DNA from: Methanomassiliicoccaceae archaeon
GTDB lineage: Archaea; Thermoplasmatota; Thermoplasmata; Methanomassiliicoccales; Methanomassiliicoccaceae
Assembly: GCA_963728405.1 (NCBI GenBank)
Contig: CAVSJV010000005.1
Span: 128,001-192,000 of the forward strand
DNA length: 64,000 bases
Direction of reading: 5' to 3'
In this document: positions 19,648-30,166 of the stretch, in pieces
Position numbering within the stretch: position 1 is the first letter of the stretch
Layout: the number at the start of each line of letters is the position of its first letter
Made by a program: the position numbers and the translations under genes
Notes under the pieces: generated by a model
What the model saw: the letters and a program-made list of their open reading frames with translations, nothing else
The model's database searches: none
What the model was told of the DNA's origin: nothing

Positions 19648-21063
19648 TCAAAGTGCTCGTTCGGAAGGTTGCCCTCGCTGGTACGATAGCAATGCTCCGA
19701 TCATCGAAAGGAGGCCGCTCACCACAACGGCCAGAGAGATGGCCGCGGCCAGCTCACCCGACAGGGGGCCGCCGGCTATGACACTATAGTCCATCGAACC
19801 GATCAGCAGCGTCATCATGATGGTGGCCAGGGAGACCCCCAGCGCCATGCTCAGGTTGCGCAGGGTGGCCTGTACACTCGATGCCACTCCCGTTTTCTCC
19901 TTGGGAAGGGACACCATCATCTCGGTGTTGTTAGGGCTCTGGAACAGGGAGGAGCCGATACCCATAATGAAGAACGCTATCAGGGTCAGCGGAACGTTCA
20001 CGCTCAGGAATGCATAGGCCAGGAGCAGGAGGGAGGCGCCCCTGGTGATGTGTCCTAATGGCGCATAGTATGGCGAGTGCGTGCGGTCGTACATGCGGCC
20101 GGCCAGAGGCGAGCCGATCATCATGACCGCCGGCAACACCATGAAGATAAGGCCGATCTGCTCCGGGCGATAGTTGAGGACGCCTTCATAATAGAACGGC
20201 CCTAGTATGGTGACCATGCTCATTGATATGAAGAACATGGCCATGCTCAGCCCCGCCAAGGTGAAACGTCGGACCCGGAACACGGAGATGTCCAGCAGAG
20301 GATAGGCCGCCCTTCGCTCTCGGCGCACGAACAGGCCGAGGGCTGAAACGAAGAGTACCAGAAACACGAGGGCGTTGAAGGTCAGCGACCCCGTCTCGCC
20401 CACTATGCCTAGCATGAGGATAAGGAACATGATGGACGCGATCCACAGGCCAGCTCCGGCATAGTCCATGCGCAGGTGGTCTGAACAATGCTCCTCGATC
20501 TTCAGCATTTTTAGTGCTGCCGCCAGGGTGATGATCCCGATGGGGACGTTGATGAGGAAGATATATTGCCAGCCCAGGGTGCCGACGATGAAACCTCCGA
20601 TGGCCGGCCCGATCATCCCGGCCACGGCCACGGTGGACCCCATGAGGCCCATGGCCTTCCCCCGCTCCTGATGGCCGAAGACCTGGAAGATGATGGCCGC
20701 AGAGATGCTGAACAGCATTGAGGCTCCCAATCCCTGGATGAGGCGAAAGACGATGAGCCCGGGCATGCTGATGGATAGGCCACACAAAAGGGAGGAGGTG
20801 GTGAAGACACCGAGGCCGAGGGCGAACATCCTGGCCCGGCCGGTCCGCTCGGAGATCTTACCAGCAATGATCAGGAAACCGGTCTGGGCCACCAGATAAG
20901 TGGTCACCACCCATTGGGAGTCGGCGATGTTGACGTTGAAATAAGTTGTGATATCGGGTAGGGCGATGTTCACTACCACGGAGTCCAGGACTGACATGAA
21001 CACCCCGGCCAGGACGATGGTCAGGATGACATATCTGTTCCTGCCGCCTTCAACGCTGGTCAT
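19648..21063 (-). CDS. MFS drug-efflux transporter (DHA2/EmrB type, 14 TM)
   Basis: FMSVLDSVVVNIALP, RLIQGLG, WQYIFLINVPIG, FQSPNN. Confidence 0.92.
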   Translation of the reverse strand: MTSVEGGRNRYVILTIVLAGVFMSVLDSVVVNIALPDITTYFNVNIADSQWVVTTYLVAQTGFLIIAGKISERTGRARMFALGLGVFTTSSLLCGLSISMPGLIVFRLIQGLGASMLFSISAAIIFQVFGHQERGKAMGLMGSTVAVAGMIGPAIGGFIVGTLGWQYIFLINVPIGIITLAAALKMLKIEEHCSDHLRMDYAGAGLWIASIMFLILMLGIVGETGSLTFNALVFLVLFVSALGLFVRRERRAAYPLLDISVFRVRRFTLAGLSMAMFFISMSMVTILGPFYYEGVLNYRPEQIGLIFMVLPAVMMIGSPLAGRMYDRTHSPYYAPLGHITRGASLLLLAYAFLSVNVPLTLIAFFIMGIGSSLFQSPNNTEMMVSLPKEKTGVASSVQATLRNLSMALGVSLATIMMTLLIGSMDYSVIAGGPLSGELAAAISLAVVVSGLLSMIGALLSYQRGQPSERAL

Positions 21064-21218
21064 GAGGGATGCCGGAAGGGGGCAAGATCAAGGCCCAGTT
21101 AAATGTTCTGCCCGGTCATCGGTCGAAGGCCGATACGGTGTCCACATCAGATGGTCCGCCCCATCACTATACAACAGGCCCTTAATTGAAGTAGCCTGGG
21201 CCCATTCACTGTCCCACT

Positions 21219-21848
21219 ATGATGGAAGCTGCCCTCATCGTCCGCCTCCCCGATACTTGGGTCTCAGAGGTGTGCAACCGTCGCGATACGGTGATTCAGT
21301 TCCACCGGTGCATCCCCTATGGGGAGCATGGCGGTCGGAGCCTGATCGAGTTCAACGAGGGCGAGACCGAGGCCCGGGAGATGATCGCGGAGATCAGCAG
21401 GCATCCATCGGTCGAAAGAGTAGAGGTCTCCCGGAGCGACGGGGGCAAGATATCGGCCACCGTGGTGAACCGCAACTGCCGCGCAAGCCAGGTCCTGGCC
21501 TCCTCCGACTGCTTCCTGGTCTCGGCGCAGAGCCTGAGCGACGGGCGGGTGCGCTGGCGGCTGGTGACCGGACGGGAAGGCTCCCTTAAATCTCTGGTGA
21601 ACGCCCTTAGAGACTCCGGCTGTGAAGTTGAGGTGGAGCGGGTGCGGTCCATCAACGACGACAACATCCTAACAAAACGACAGGAGGAGGTGCTGGCCGT
21701 GGCCCTCCGAGAAGGATACTACGAATCGCCCAAGCGCATCTATCTGGTCGGCCTGGCTAAGATGCTTCAGGTAAGCCCGTCCACCCTCGGGGAGATACTC
21801 AAGCGGGCCGAGCGGACGGTCATCGACGATTACCTGAGCAGGCGCTAG
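21219..21848 (+). CDS. HTH-10 transcriptional regulator
   Basis: LTKRQEEVLAVALREGYYESPKR...LAKMLQVSPST. Confidence 0.85.
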   Translation: MMEAALIVRLPDTWVSEVCNRRDTVIQFHRCIPYGEHGGRSLIEFNEGETEAREMIAEISRHPSVERVEVSRSDGGKISATVVNRNCRASQVLASSDCFLVSAQSLSDGRVRWRLVTGREGSLKSLVNALRDSGCEVEVERVRSINDDNILTKRQEEVLAVALREGYYESPKRIYLVGLAKMLQVSPSTLGEILKRAERTVIDDYLSRR

Positions 21849-21953
21849 GGCCGGACATATCCGGAGCAATCATGATAGTTGGGTAGCCGTTATTCGGCTT
21901 CCTGGCCAGGAAGGTCGCCACATCGGCGCACAGGCCGGACCGGCCGTGAACCT

Positions 21954-22310
21954 ATGATCGTCGCTATACCTACAAGTGGAAACAAAGGCCTGGACGACCA
22001 ACTGTTCGGCCATTTCGGAAAAGCCCCTACCTTCACCATCACTGATCTGGTGACCGGCGGGCTCACAGTGATCGATAACACAAGCGACCACATGGGCGGC
22101 ACGGGGAGCCCTCCGGAGCTGATCAAGGCCTCCGGCGCGGATGCCGTGGCCGTCGGCCATCTTGGTGAGAAGGCCGCCCTGCGCTGTGCGGAGCTAGGCA
22201 TAACCGTTATTTGCGGCGCCAGCGGCAGGGTCAGCGAGGTTCTTGAGCAGCTGAGGAATGGCCAATTGGTCCCACCCTCCCGCGACAGCATGTGCAAGCA
22301 TAATCACTGA
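21954..22310 (+). CDS. NifB/NifX (dinitrogenase FeMo-cofactor-like) domain protein
   Basis: MIVAIPT, HFGKAPTF, GHLGEKA; C-terminal CKHNH. Confidence 0.85.
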   Translation: MIVAIPTSGNKGLDDQLFGHFGKAPTFTITDLVTGGLTVIDNTSDHMGGTGSPPELIKASGADAVAVGHLGEKAALRCAELGITVICGASGRVSEVLEQLRNGQLVPPSRDSMCKHNH

Positions 22311-22490
22311 TCACTCTTATCGGGACGGGGCGCAGCCATAAAGCATGCGCATTATTCCTCCGTAGGCGTTGATTTCCCCCAAGATCTGCCCCGCCCCGTT
22401 AAGAACCTTTTTTTGGTCGATCCTTATCAAATACACAACAGTTTTCGACTAGGGCGATGGTCGATATCCACAGGTCCTCGATTTGCCCGA

Positions 22491-22937
22491 CTACTGGTCG
22501 GCCTTGGAGGTTCCTGGACTCTCCAGACAGCCGGAATAGCTGGCCCCTTTGGTCTCCACAAGCGCGCCGGCCAGGCACTTGGACATGGCTTCGGATATGG
22601 TTCCGGAGCAACCCGCATGGACCTTGATGTGTGCCGTCTCCAGGATGGCCGAGGCCTTCGGCCCTATATTGCCCGTCACCACTGTGTCCACTTTCTCATC
22701 CACGAGCGTTCTAGCACCTTTGAGCCCAGCGGCCGATCCCATGCCCTTCCCCCCATTCTCGATCACCTCGAGTTTGTCGGGGCCGCCCTCCGCGATGATG
22801 AAGTAGGTTGCCCGGGCCAGAGATGAGGAGACCTTGCTGTCCAGTGTCCTGCCGTCGGAAGTGAAGGCCACTCTGCACGGTCCTGACCCCCTCTGTTCTT
22901 TCTTATTGCTGATCCCCTTGTTCATCTTGTCCCTCAT
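22491..22937 (-). CDS. NifB/NifX domain protein (second paralog)
   Basis: VAFTSDG.TLDS.V, ATYF, VIEN, AG..A, TGNIGPKA. Confidence 0.8.
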   Translation of the reverse strand: MRDKMNKGISNKKEQRGSGPCRVAFTSDGRTLDSKVSSSLARATYFIIAEGGPDKLEVIENGGKGMGSAAGLKGARTLVDEKVDTVVTGNIGPKASAILETAHIKVHAGCSGTISEAMSKCLAGALVETKGASYSGCLESPGTSKADQ

Positions 22938-23468
22938 AAAAAATATTGGATGGCTTAGTTATGAACCTTTCTCCTAACAGCGTTAATAACGGCGATGGGG
23001 ATTTTTCGAAACAGCACTGGCCGAGGCCCTCGGGTCCCTTAAAGGCGAGATCAGAAGTTTAGGGACGCTCTCAAGAGATCGAGCGAGAACCGGGGTGACC
23101 GCTGAAGCTTCGTTTCTCGCTCATATTGGGCCGTCCCTTAAATGGTACACCCAATCCGCCCCCCCAATGCATCTGCTCGCATGTGCTTACTGAGCGACCC
23201 CGGCCCTTTTTAGTGTCGGTCCTGATATCGCGAGGGCTCGGTCGGACCTCAGGACATGTGGCGTTGGCGCCAGAGGGCAGGGCGAGGACGGTTGGGCTCG
23301 TAGATCCTGAATGCTATGGCTTTCCTGCCGAAAGCGAGCTTGACCGCCAAGGTGGGCCGGGGCAGCTCGATCTCGGTGGTCATTCCGAACTGAGGGGGGT
23401 CCCACACCAAGACCCGACCCATGGTGACCCAGCACAAGGATTATTACCTCGCAGGCTAGAGAGGGGTC

Positions 23469-23962
23469 GTGGACGAGGTCGACATCGCCCTGTGCAGAAG
23501 CCTACTGAAGAACTCGCGTACGCCGTACTCTGAGCTCGGCAAGACGTTAGGGCTTACTCCGCAAGCGATCCACCGCCGGGTCCAGTCGCTCACCGAGGCG
23601 GGCATCGTGAAGGGCACGACGGCCTTCCGAGCATCCGGGCCTTCGGTCGGATGTGGGTCATGATATACGGGTGGTCCAAAGCCCCCTCGATGAACGATGT
23701 GGCCGAGAAGCTAAGGGTGAAACGGTCCGTCGCGGTCTTCCAGATCGCTAGCGGTAACTTCTCTATATCAAGCTCGGTACGGGACGCCACCGATCTCGCC
23801 CAGCTAGTGTCCTTCACCCAGAAGGCAGCGTCCCTTCACGATGCCCAGGTCGGTATCATGCCCACCCCGCCAGCCGCCCCGGGGGATGCGCTGACGTACC
23901 TGGACCTCCGGTTGATATCGGCCATGCGGGAGGATGCCCGGAAGCCGATTGCCGAAGGGTGA
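23469..23962 (+). pseudogene. Lrp/AsnC-family regulator, frameshifted and truncated
   Basis: MDEVDIALCRSLLKNSRTPYSELG HTH; frameshift near 23630; a second HTH (LDLRLISAMREDARKPIAE) is cut off. Confidence 0.7.
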
Positions 23963-23994
23963 CCGGGAGAGACGCCAGGACGCGGTTCTCGGCC

Positions 23995-24795
23995 TTACCC
24001 CTTTAATAACGCTTTGGCTCGCTCATAGGAACGGTCCACGCAGTCCAGGGTGATGTGCTCTTCCTCCAGCTCGCCGCGCTCGAAGTTGAACACCTGGGCG
24101 AACTCGTCGACCTTTTGGTCGAACACGTCCTGGTCCCCCAGTCCGGTGGGGATCTTGAGTGCGAGCTTGTAGCCGGCCAGCTCGAACATCCACTTGATGG
24201 TCGACAGGTCGTCCTTGTCCACCCCCTTGGTGATCTCCATCTTGCTCATCAGCTCCCGCCAGTTCTCCGCCCACGCGGGGGTGAGGTAGAACACCCCGGG
24301 GTACCGTTTCAGAAGTCGGAGGTAGCCGTCAGTTCCACCTAGCACCGCGGCGATGCAGTCGTCCACCGGACGCCCCTCTCGATCGGATAATACTGTGATG
24401 GGGAGGTTCGCGATCTCCATCAGCGGCCCTACATCCTTGAACGCATTGCCGCAGAGGCCGTAGAACAGGAGGATGGAGCGGCTGACCCTTGCCACCTCGG
24501 AAATTGTCTTGGAGACCTCTTCGCGAAGGACCTTGGGGTCCTCGTGGAGCGCCATGGGCTTCATGAGCACCAGCAGAGTGAACTCCCGCTCCTCGACCGA
24601 ACCTATGTTCTCTGGCTCGATCAGCTCGACGGGTGGATGCCCTTTCAGGGCGTTCAGCTTCCTGACCAGATTGACGGAGTCGTCGGACCTGACCGCTATG
24701 ACCTTTTTGATGCTCTCGTCCTTACTCACGGCATAAACGATCTCATCCTCCAATATCGGACAGCCTATGATGCCGAGGACCATGTCAGAGGGCAT
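23995..24795 (-). CDS. DUF1638 domain protein
   Basis: GIIGCPILEDEI, MALHEDP, FYGLCGN, VDDCIAAVLGG, YLTPAW. Confidence 0.85.
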   Translation of the reverse strand: MPSDMVLGIIGCPILEDEIVYAVSKDESIKKVIAVRSDDSVNLVRKLNALKGHPPVELIEPENIGSVEEREFTLLVLMKPMALHEDPKVLREEVSKTISEVARVSRSILLFYGLCGNAFKDVGPLMEIANLPITVLSDREGRPVDDCIAAVLGGTDGYLRLLKRYPGVFYLTPAWAENWRELMSKMEITKGVDKDDLSTIKWMFELAGYKLALKIPTGLGDQDVFDQKVDEFAQVFNFERGELEEEHITLDCVDRSYERAKALLKG

Positions 24796-24798
24796 TGG

Positions 24799-25599
24799 CT
24801 ACCCTCCTCTCACTAACTGGCCTGCTCCCTTCCTCAGGGAATCGGGGTTAGCCGGTCCTAATTTCGACACCATGTCCTCGGTGCAGCTCAGTGCCAGTGC
24901 TCCCCTCGCGGTCAGGGAGTAGCGATGCTTCCGGCGATCGAGCATGACTGTACTCTGCATCCACCAGTGTTCGCAGATGGAATTGCAGGTGCCCGGTCTT
25001 CAGCTCTACTGCCCGCCCCAGCTCGGATAGGCTGCGGTCCCCGCGGCGCAGGGCGGCAAGGACCTTGATGCGCCAGGCGTTCGCCAGGGGGTCCAGGACC
25101 GATTCCATCTCCTCAGCGGAGCACTGGAAAGCGGCCGGGTCCGTCCCCCTCTTCATATTGATCTCAGGGCCGAACCTTTCGGCCAGGCCTTCATAGACCT
25201 GGAGGATGGCCCGTACCCTACGCAGGGTCTCCACGGCCGTCTGAGAGCAGTCTCCGTCCTGGCAGGGCGAGCAATCGCCTTTGCATCAGCCCTTCGACCT
25301 CGTCCAATATCTTCCTTGCTCCGGGCAGATCGTCCCTCATGAACGAGCCGGCAGCCCCATCCACGGCCTCTCCGAGCTTTCGGAGACACTGTGCCTTAAG
25401 CTCGCATTCCGAGCTGTCACGAAGGGTGCTTGCATCGTTCTGGAAATGTTCGCCTCCCCTCCTCTCCAACCGCCATCCTCATCTGTTCCAGGAAGGCGCC
25501 TTTCAGGTCCTCGTAGCGAAGGCGCACCATATGGTCACTGAATGTGTTCAGCTCGCTCTTGAGCGATCTGATCTCGGCTAGGACATCTTGGCGGGTCAT
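24799..25599 (-). CDS. ArsR-type regulator with C-terminal winged HTH, Msr-like (3 frameshifts)
   Basis: Joined ORFs 25417-25599, 25218-25469 and 24848-25234 give a Cys-containing N-terminal half and LDPLANAWRIKVL...SLSELG..LKTGHLQFHL..L...YSLTARG; stop TAG at 24799. Confidence 0.75.
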
Positions 25600-25671
25600 A
25601 GTTATTGAATAGAAAAGTATTCATTACGAATATTTATGTATTCTCTTGGCCCTCCTATGAATGGTGAAACA

Positions 25672-26083
25672 ATGGTAGCACTACCTGACGCAGTATTCAA
25701 ATTGTTGAACGATCGCGCATCGACCAAGATCCTGGGAACGAGGACGAACAAGAACGATGTGCACATCATAAACTGTCGGCGGCGCTGGGGCGGTAGACCC
25801 AGAGACCATATTCGTCGGTGAGATCTTCATGAAGGCAACTGGAGAGAACCTTAACCTGGCGAAGAAGGAAGGCACCAAGGCCTCGCTTCTAGTAAGCAAG
25901 GGTCCCGAGTCGTATGAGGTCCGCTGTAGCATTAAGGACCACGTTACATCCGGTCCGATGTTCGATCAGATGAAGGAGACCTTCGCGGCGATGAAGTTCG
26001 ACCTCAAGGGACTGTGGCTCTTGAGGCCTGAAGAGGTCTGGAACGAGAGCCCGACTTGGGACTCCGGCCGTAAGATGGTCTGA
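25672..26083 (+). CDS. Pyridoxamine 5'-phosphate oxidase-like FMN-binding protein (frameshift near 25772)
   Basis: KILGT...VHII|VG...IFVGEIFMKATGENL...SYEV...SGPMFD...EEVWNESP..DSG.K. Confidence 0.75.
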
Positions 26084-26184
26084 GCCAGACCGTCTTTCTT
26101 TTTCATATTCCCGCCGTTCTCAAGCTCACGGGAAATGTGCGGGATGGTTTAACATTTATTGTAAAAGCCTGAAATGAAACGATC

Positions 26185-26547
26185 TCAGGCCACTATCGAT
26201 ATACCGACCACGCCGTAGCTAGCCAGCTCGATGGATGGATTGCTCTCTTGAAAAAGAAGCTCAGCGGCCCGGGAATGGGCGCGGTCAGGGACGATAACGA
26301 GCACCCTGCCACACGACTGGGCGGCCTCGTTGTAATGTTCAAGCGCGTCCGGCCGGGATAGGCTTTCGACGGACTCGACGAACTCGACATACAATGTCTT
26401 GCCGTCCTCGTCGGTTACCGTGATCACTCCCCACTCGATGTCACCATCCTCCTCGATGTCATGTTTGGTGATAACTCCGGGGGTCTCGGTCTGGATCATT
26501 TCCAGCCTCTGCTCAACGATTTCCTCGATGTCTATCCTAGGCATGCC
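26185..26547 (-). CDS. Hypothetical acidic protein (possible degenerate PD-(D/E)XK fold)
   Basis: YVEFVESVESL..ALEHY....VLVIVP pattern; start is uncertain. Confidence 0.55.
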   Translation of the reverse strand, partial: GMPRIDIEEIVEQRLEMIQTETPGVITKHDIEEDGDIEWGVITVTDEDGKTLYVEFVESVESLSRPDALEHYNEAAQSCGRVLVIVPDRAHSRAAELLFQESNPSIELASYGVVGISIVA

Positions 26548-26640
26548 TGGCTGCTCGGAACGCACGGTATAAAGCTGTTCCGGCCGCGGCCGGAAAGGAA
26601 GGCATTATTTAGATCGGGCCGAGGTGGATGGATCAGTCAC

Positions 26641-27267
26641 CTACGGGCCGGCTTGAACGGTGGTCTTAGGCGAGGTCTTCAGCATCTTCCGGACGCTGGC
26701 CACCCAGGCCTTCTTAATGGCCGGGAGCTTCTTTCCTTCCAGGAGGCCGGCCATGTACTGGATGAAGCTGGCTACCATCTCGTCGTTGACCTTCTCAACC
26801 TCATCGACCGGCTCCATGATGCTCAAAGAGACCATTTGGGCCAGGTACGCCTTCACCGCGAAATTGACGTTCCGGGATGACCGTTTTACGATCTCCATCA
26901 GGATCTTATCCTTGGTGGCCTGGAGCGTCAGGTTCAGGTGGATCTCCGGACCGAAGGGCATGAGCCCGGCCAATATGGAGTCGAACATCAAGGCGATATG
27001 ATCATCCAGGTCGCCGCTGATGACCTTGCGAAGATCGTCTCCATCTTCTTTCTGCCCGGTCCGGAAAGCGGCGATCAGCAACTCCTCCTTGCTCGGAAAC
27101 TTCTCCTCTATCTCGGCAACTGGGTGGCCCGCGGTCTTGGCGATATCGGCCATGGATGTCTTGGCGAAACCTTTCTGGGCAAAAACGGTAAGGGCTGCTT
27201 TCAAGATCTCCTGCGTATCATCCCTCTTCTTGGACCCGGGCATATCATCCGTTAATACTGTGGCCAT
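26641..27267 (-). CDS. TetR/AcrR-family regulator
   Basis: ILKAALTVFAQKGFAKTSMADIAKTAG...FPSKEELL. Confidence 0.85.
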   Translation of the reverse strand: MATVLTDDMPGSKKRDDTQEILKAALTVFAQKGFAKTSMADIAKTAGHPVAEIEEKFPSKEELLIAAFRTGQKEDGDDLRKVISGDLDDHIALMFDSILAGLMPFGPEIHLNLTLQATKDKILMEIVKRSSRNVNFAVKAYLAQMVSLSIMEPVDEVEKVNDEMVASFIQYMAGLLEGKKLPAIKKAWVASVRKMLKTSPKTTVQAGP

Positions 27268-27326
27268 AATTGAACTTTAGTGCCGCTCAAGGATACTACC
27301 ATAAACCCTTCATCGGTTCTTTGCCC

Positions 27327-28453
27327 ATGCAGGATCCCGGATCAGGGGCCAAGGGGTCAGTTAGCATCGTTCTCCTGATCGCAACCGGAGCCGCCGCACT
27401 GGTGGCTGCGTTGATGAACAATATCCTGGTCTTCGTGTTGAGCTGTCTGGCCGGTTACATGTTGTTGCTGCCGAGCATCAAAGCCCGCAGGGCCCGATGG
27501 GAATATCCGAACATCTACAATCTACTCCTGCTCATTCTGGCGTACTTCTCCTTGGTCAGCGGCTTCTTGCTCACGGCTATAGGGACTAGGGGGACTATGG
27601 GCTGTGGTCTCTCAGCTGGTGGCCGGGGCTATGGTCGGTGGCATCGGCTTCTTGATGGCCTACGCTCTTCTCCGTAACGAGATCGAAGCGGGCCATGTGG
27701 CCCCCTTGGCGGTAGCGGGGCTAACTTTCTGTATCGGGCTGGCCATCGGAGCCTTATGGGAGATCATCGAGTTCATGCTTGACACAGTCCTCACCTGGAA
27801 CCTGCAGGGAGGACTGGCGGAGACCATGGCCGACCTGATGGCCGCTGCGGTTGGGGCTGGAGCGGTGGCGATCTCCGCGCTGGCATACATGAGGAACCCC
27901 CGCCCCTCGCTGTTCCATCGATTGCTTGAAGGAATGGCCGCCGGGACCCCTGGGATAATCGGGAGAAGGAACGATGCCGAAATGGTGCGCACCACTATCG
28001 CCAGGGGCGAGAGCGAACGGCTGGAGTTCAAGTCTTCCCTGCGGACCAATATGAGGACCGGGGAGGCAGACCGCCGCATGGAACACGCCGTGCTCAAGAC
28101 CATCGCCGGGTTCCTCAATTCGGACGGAGGGACCTTGCTGGTGGGGGTCAAGGACGACGGCGCGGTGCAGGGGGTGGACGTTCAGCACTTCGATAATCTG
28201 GACAAGTTCTACCTACACTTCACAAATCTGGTGGGAGGAGGCTTGGGGAAAGAGATCTTGCCATTCATCGATAGCAGGCTGGTCGGCATCGACGGGGTGA
28301 CCGTCGCTCGAGGTCACGTTGCCTTCGGGCCTCCCCCCGTCCTTCCTCAGAAATGGCAGCAAGGAAGAGTTCTATGTTCGCTCGGGGGCCTCGTCGATCG
28401 AGCTGCTGGGCCGAGAGCTTCTGGAATATGTCGATAACCACTTCGGCCGGTGA
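27327..28453 (+). CDS. Membrane protein fused to a C-terminal Schlafen/AlbA_2 domain (frameshifts near 27600 and 28310-28340)
   Basis: TM block with GALWEIIEF..D...GL.ETM.DL; then GESERLEFKSSLR, KTIAGFLNSDGGTLLVGVKDDG; shifted frame gives EEFYVRSGASSIEL...YVDNHFGR*. Confidence 0.8.
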
Positions 28454-28463
28454 GCATGGAGAG

Positions 28464-30119
28464 CTAAACCTCGACCTTCTCCTTGACCGCCTCACGGAAG
28501 GCCTCCTCGTCCTCCAGGACATGGATGCGCTTTGGCTTGAGCTGCCCCAGGGAGCGGCCCTCCTTCATCCGGCGATCGATGTCCTGCTGAACCATGCTGT
28601 AGGCGTGGGCCTTGGTCACGACTATATCCAATCTGCCAAGCTCGTGGCCGATCGCCAAGGTATGGTTGGGGTCATCGCACTCGGTAAGCAGGTGGCGCAA
28701 AGTCTCTTTCTTGAACTTGGCCGTATCGCTGACATCATGGTCCGGGATGATCAGGAAGCATAGTCGGCCCGGCCGTCCCTTGATGTTATAAAGTTCCCAC
28801 CATCGGATGTTGTACGGGCGCTGCAGGGCCTCGTGGATGTGCCGGGAGTAGATTTTATTGCCCAGGAAGCACCCGCCCTCGTCCTGCACCTCGAAGTCCA
28901 GCGCTTCCACCTCGCGTCCCAGCACCTTGATGAGGGGCAGGGTGACCGTGACATCCTGCCCGTCCACGACCCCCCGATGGGTCCATGCGGGGTCCAAGAC
29001 CTCTATCAGGTCCCCAGTGGGGTATCGGACCAGAGGCAGGCACCCCCCGGGTCTGGTGATAATTAGCTCGCCCCGCAGCCCCTTGGTCCATTCGAACCAA
29101 GGAACTCCATCGACCTTCTGTCTCAGCCCCTCCTTGGCCTCGGCGACCTCGGCGGGGACGGCGATCTCAGGTATGATCGAGTTGAGGAACAAGCTCAGGC
29201 CGGCCTTGCCCGGGTCCAGCTGGGCTGCCAGTATGGGATTCTCGGTACTGCCGAAGACATCGTGGAATGCCATGCTGGGGAAGCTTTCCCGCAGGTCGTG
29301 CAGGTAGGGGGTGAGCGGTTCGGCATAGGTGAAGGCGATCCTGCATCGGGAGAGGGTGCGGGCCAGCCGCTGGTCGTCAAGCCCTCGGAGGTACAGCTGG
29401 CCGATCAACTTGGCCAGCGGTCCCGGCAGGTGGTAATCGCGCTTGAGCTTCTCCCGGACCACGCCCCTCAGGAACTCGGGGTCCTTGACCGTCCTGCCGA
29501 CGAAGTAGAATACCAGGGCCGCGCTGGCCATAACTGTCGATTCGATCGGCCTTTGATGCCCTTTTCATCGCCCGGACCAGGTCGGAGTCCCGGTTGAGAA
29601 GGGTGGTCAGCCTTTCGATCTCTGCCACATCACAGGTCCGGTCCAGGATCGCCCCGGAGACATTGGGAAATGCGCCGCCAAGGTTCCAGCCGATGTCCCC
29701 TTGTTTATACCGACGATACGGCAGAAAACAGCGAAGTCCTTGGCCACGCGATCGACATCAGATTGGCTATAGAACATCCGCTTGGGATTGCCGGTAGAGC
29801 CGGAGGTCTTGAAGGTGTGGTCCGGGGCCCTCAGGAGGCAAGCGTCCAGGCCATGAAGTTCGATGGCCTGATCCATCATCAAGTAGGAAGTGAGCGGGAC
29901 CTTGGAGAGGTCCTCCAGACGGGAGATCGCACCTATCCTTCCTTTGTAAACGGCAGAGCTTTCCGCACCTGCAACGATCTCGGAAAGGAGATCCTGGTGC
30001 CGGGCGAATTGCTCGTCGTACGAGATGAGCATGGGCTCGTCCATATGGCCTACATTGCGGTCAATGCCCTGCCCCTCTCCCTTCATAAGGGGGGTCATGA
30101 CCACATGGTAAATAATCAT
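28464..30119 (-). CDS. Phenylacetate-CoA ligase-like / ANL adenylating enzyme (frameshifted near 29530-29700)
   Basis: KTSGSTGNPK, YAEPL, DVFGSTE, GELIIT, PLVRYPTGD, VLGR; start is uncertain. Confidence 0.75.
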
Positions 30120-30166
30120 CCTCTGTCTGGAATGCCAAGACGACTAACCACGGCCGTTGTCCTGGC

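Noticed and set aside
21954-22937. Nitrogen fixation inferred from NifB/NifX domains
   Set aside because: No nifHDK or radical SAM NifB is present; these small domains are common in non-diazotrophic anaerobes.
22940-23468. Intergenic region with several short ORFs
   Set aside because: No consistent frame, motif or structure; possibly decayed sequence.
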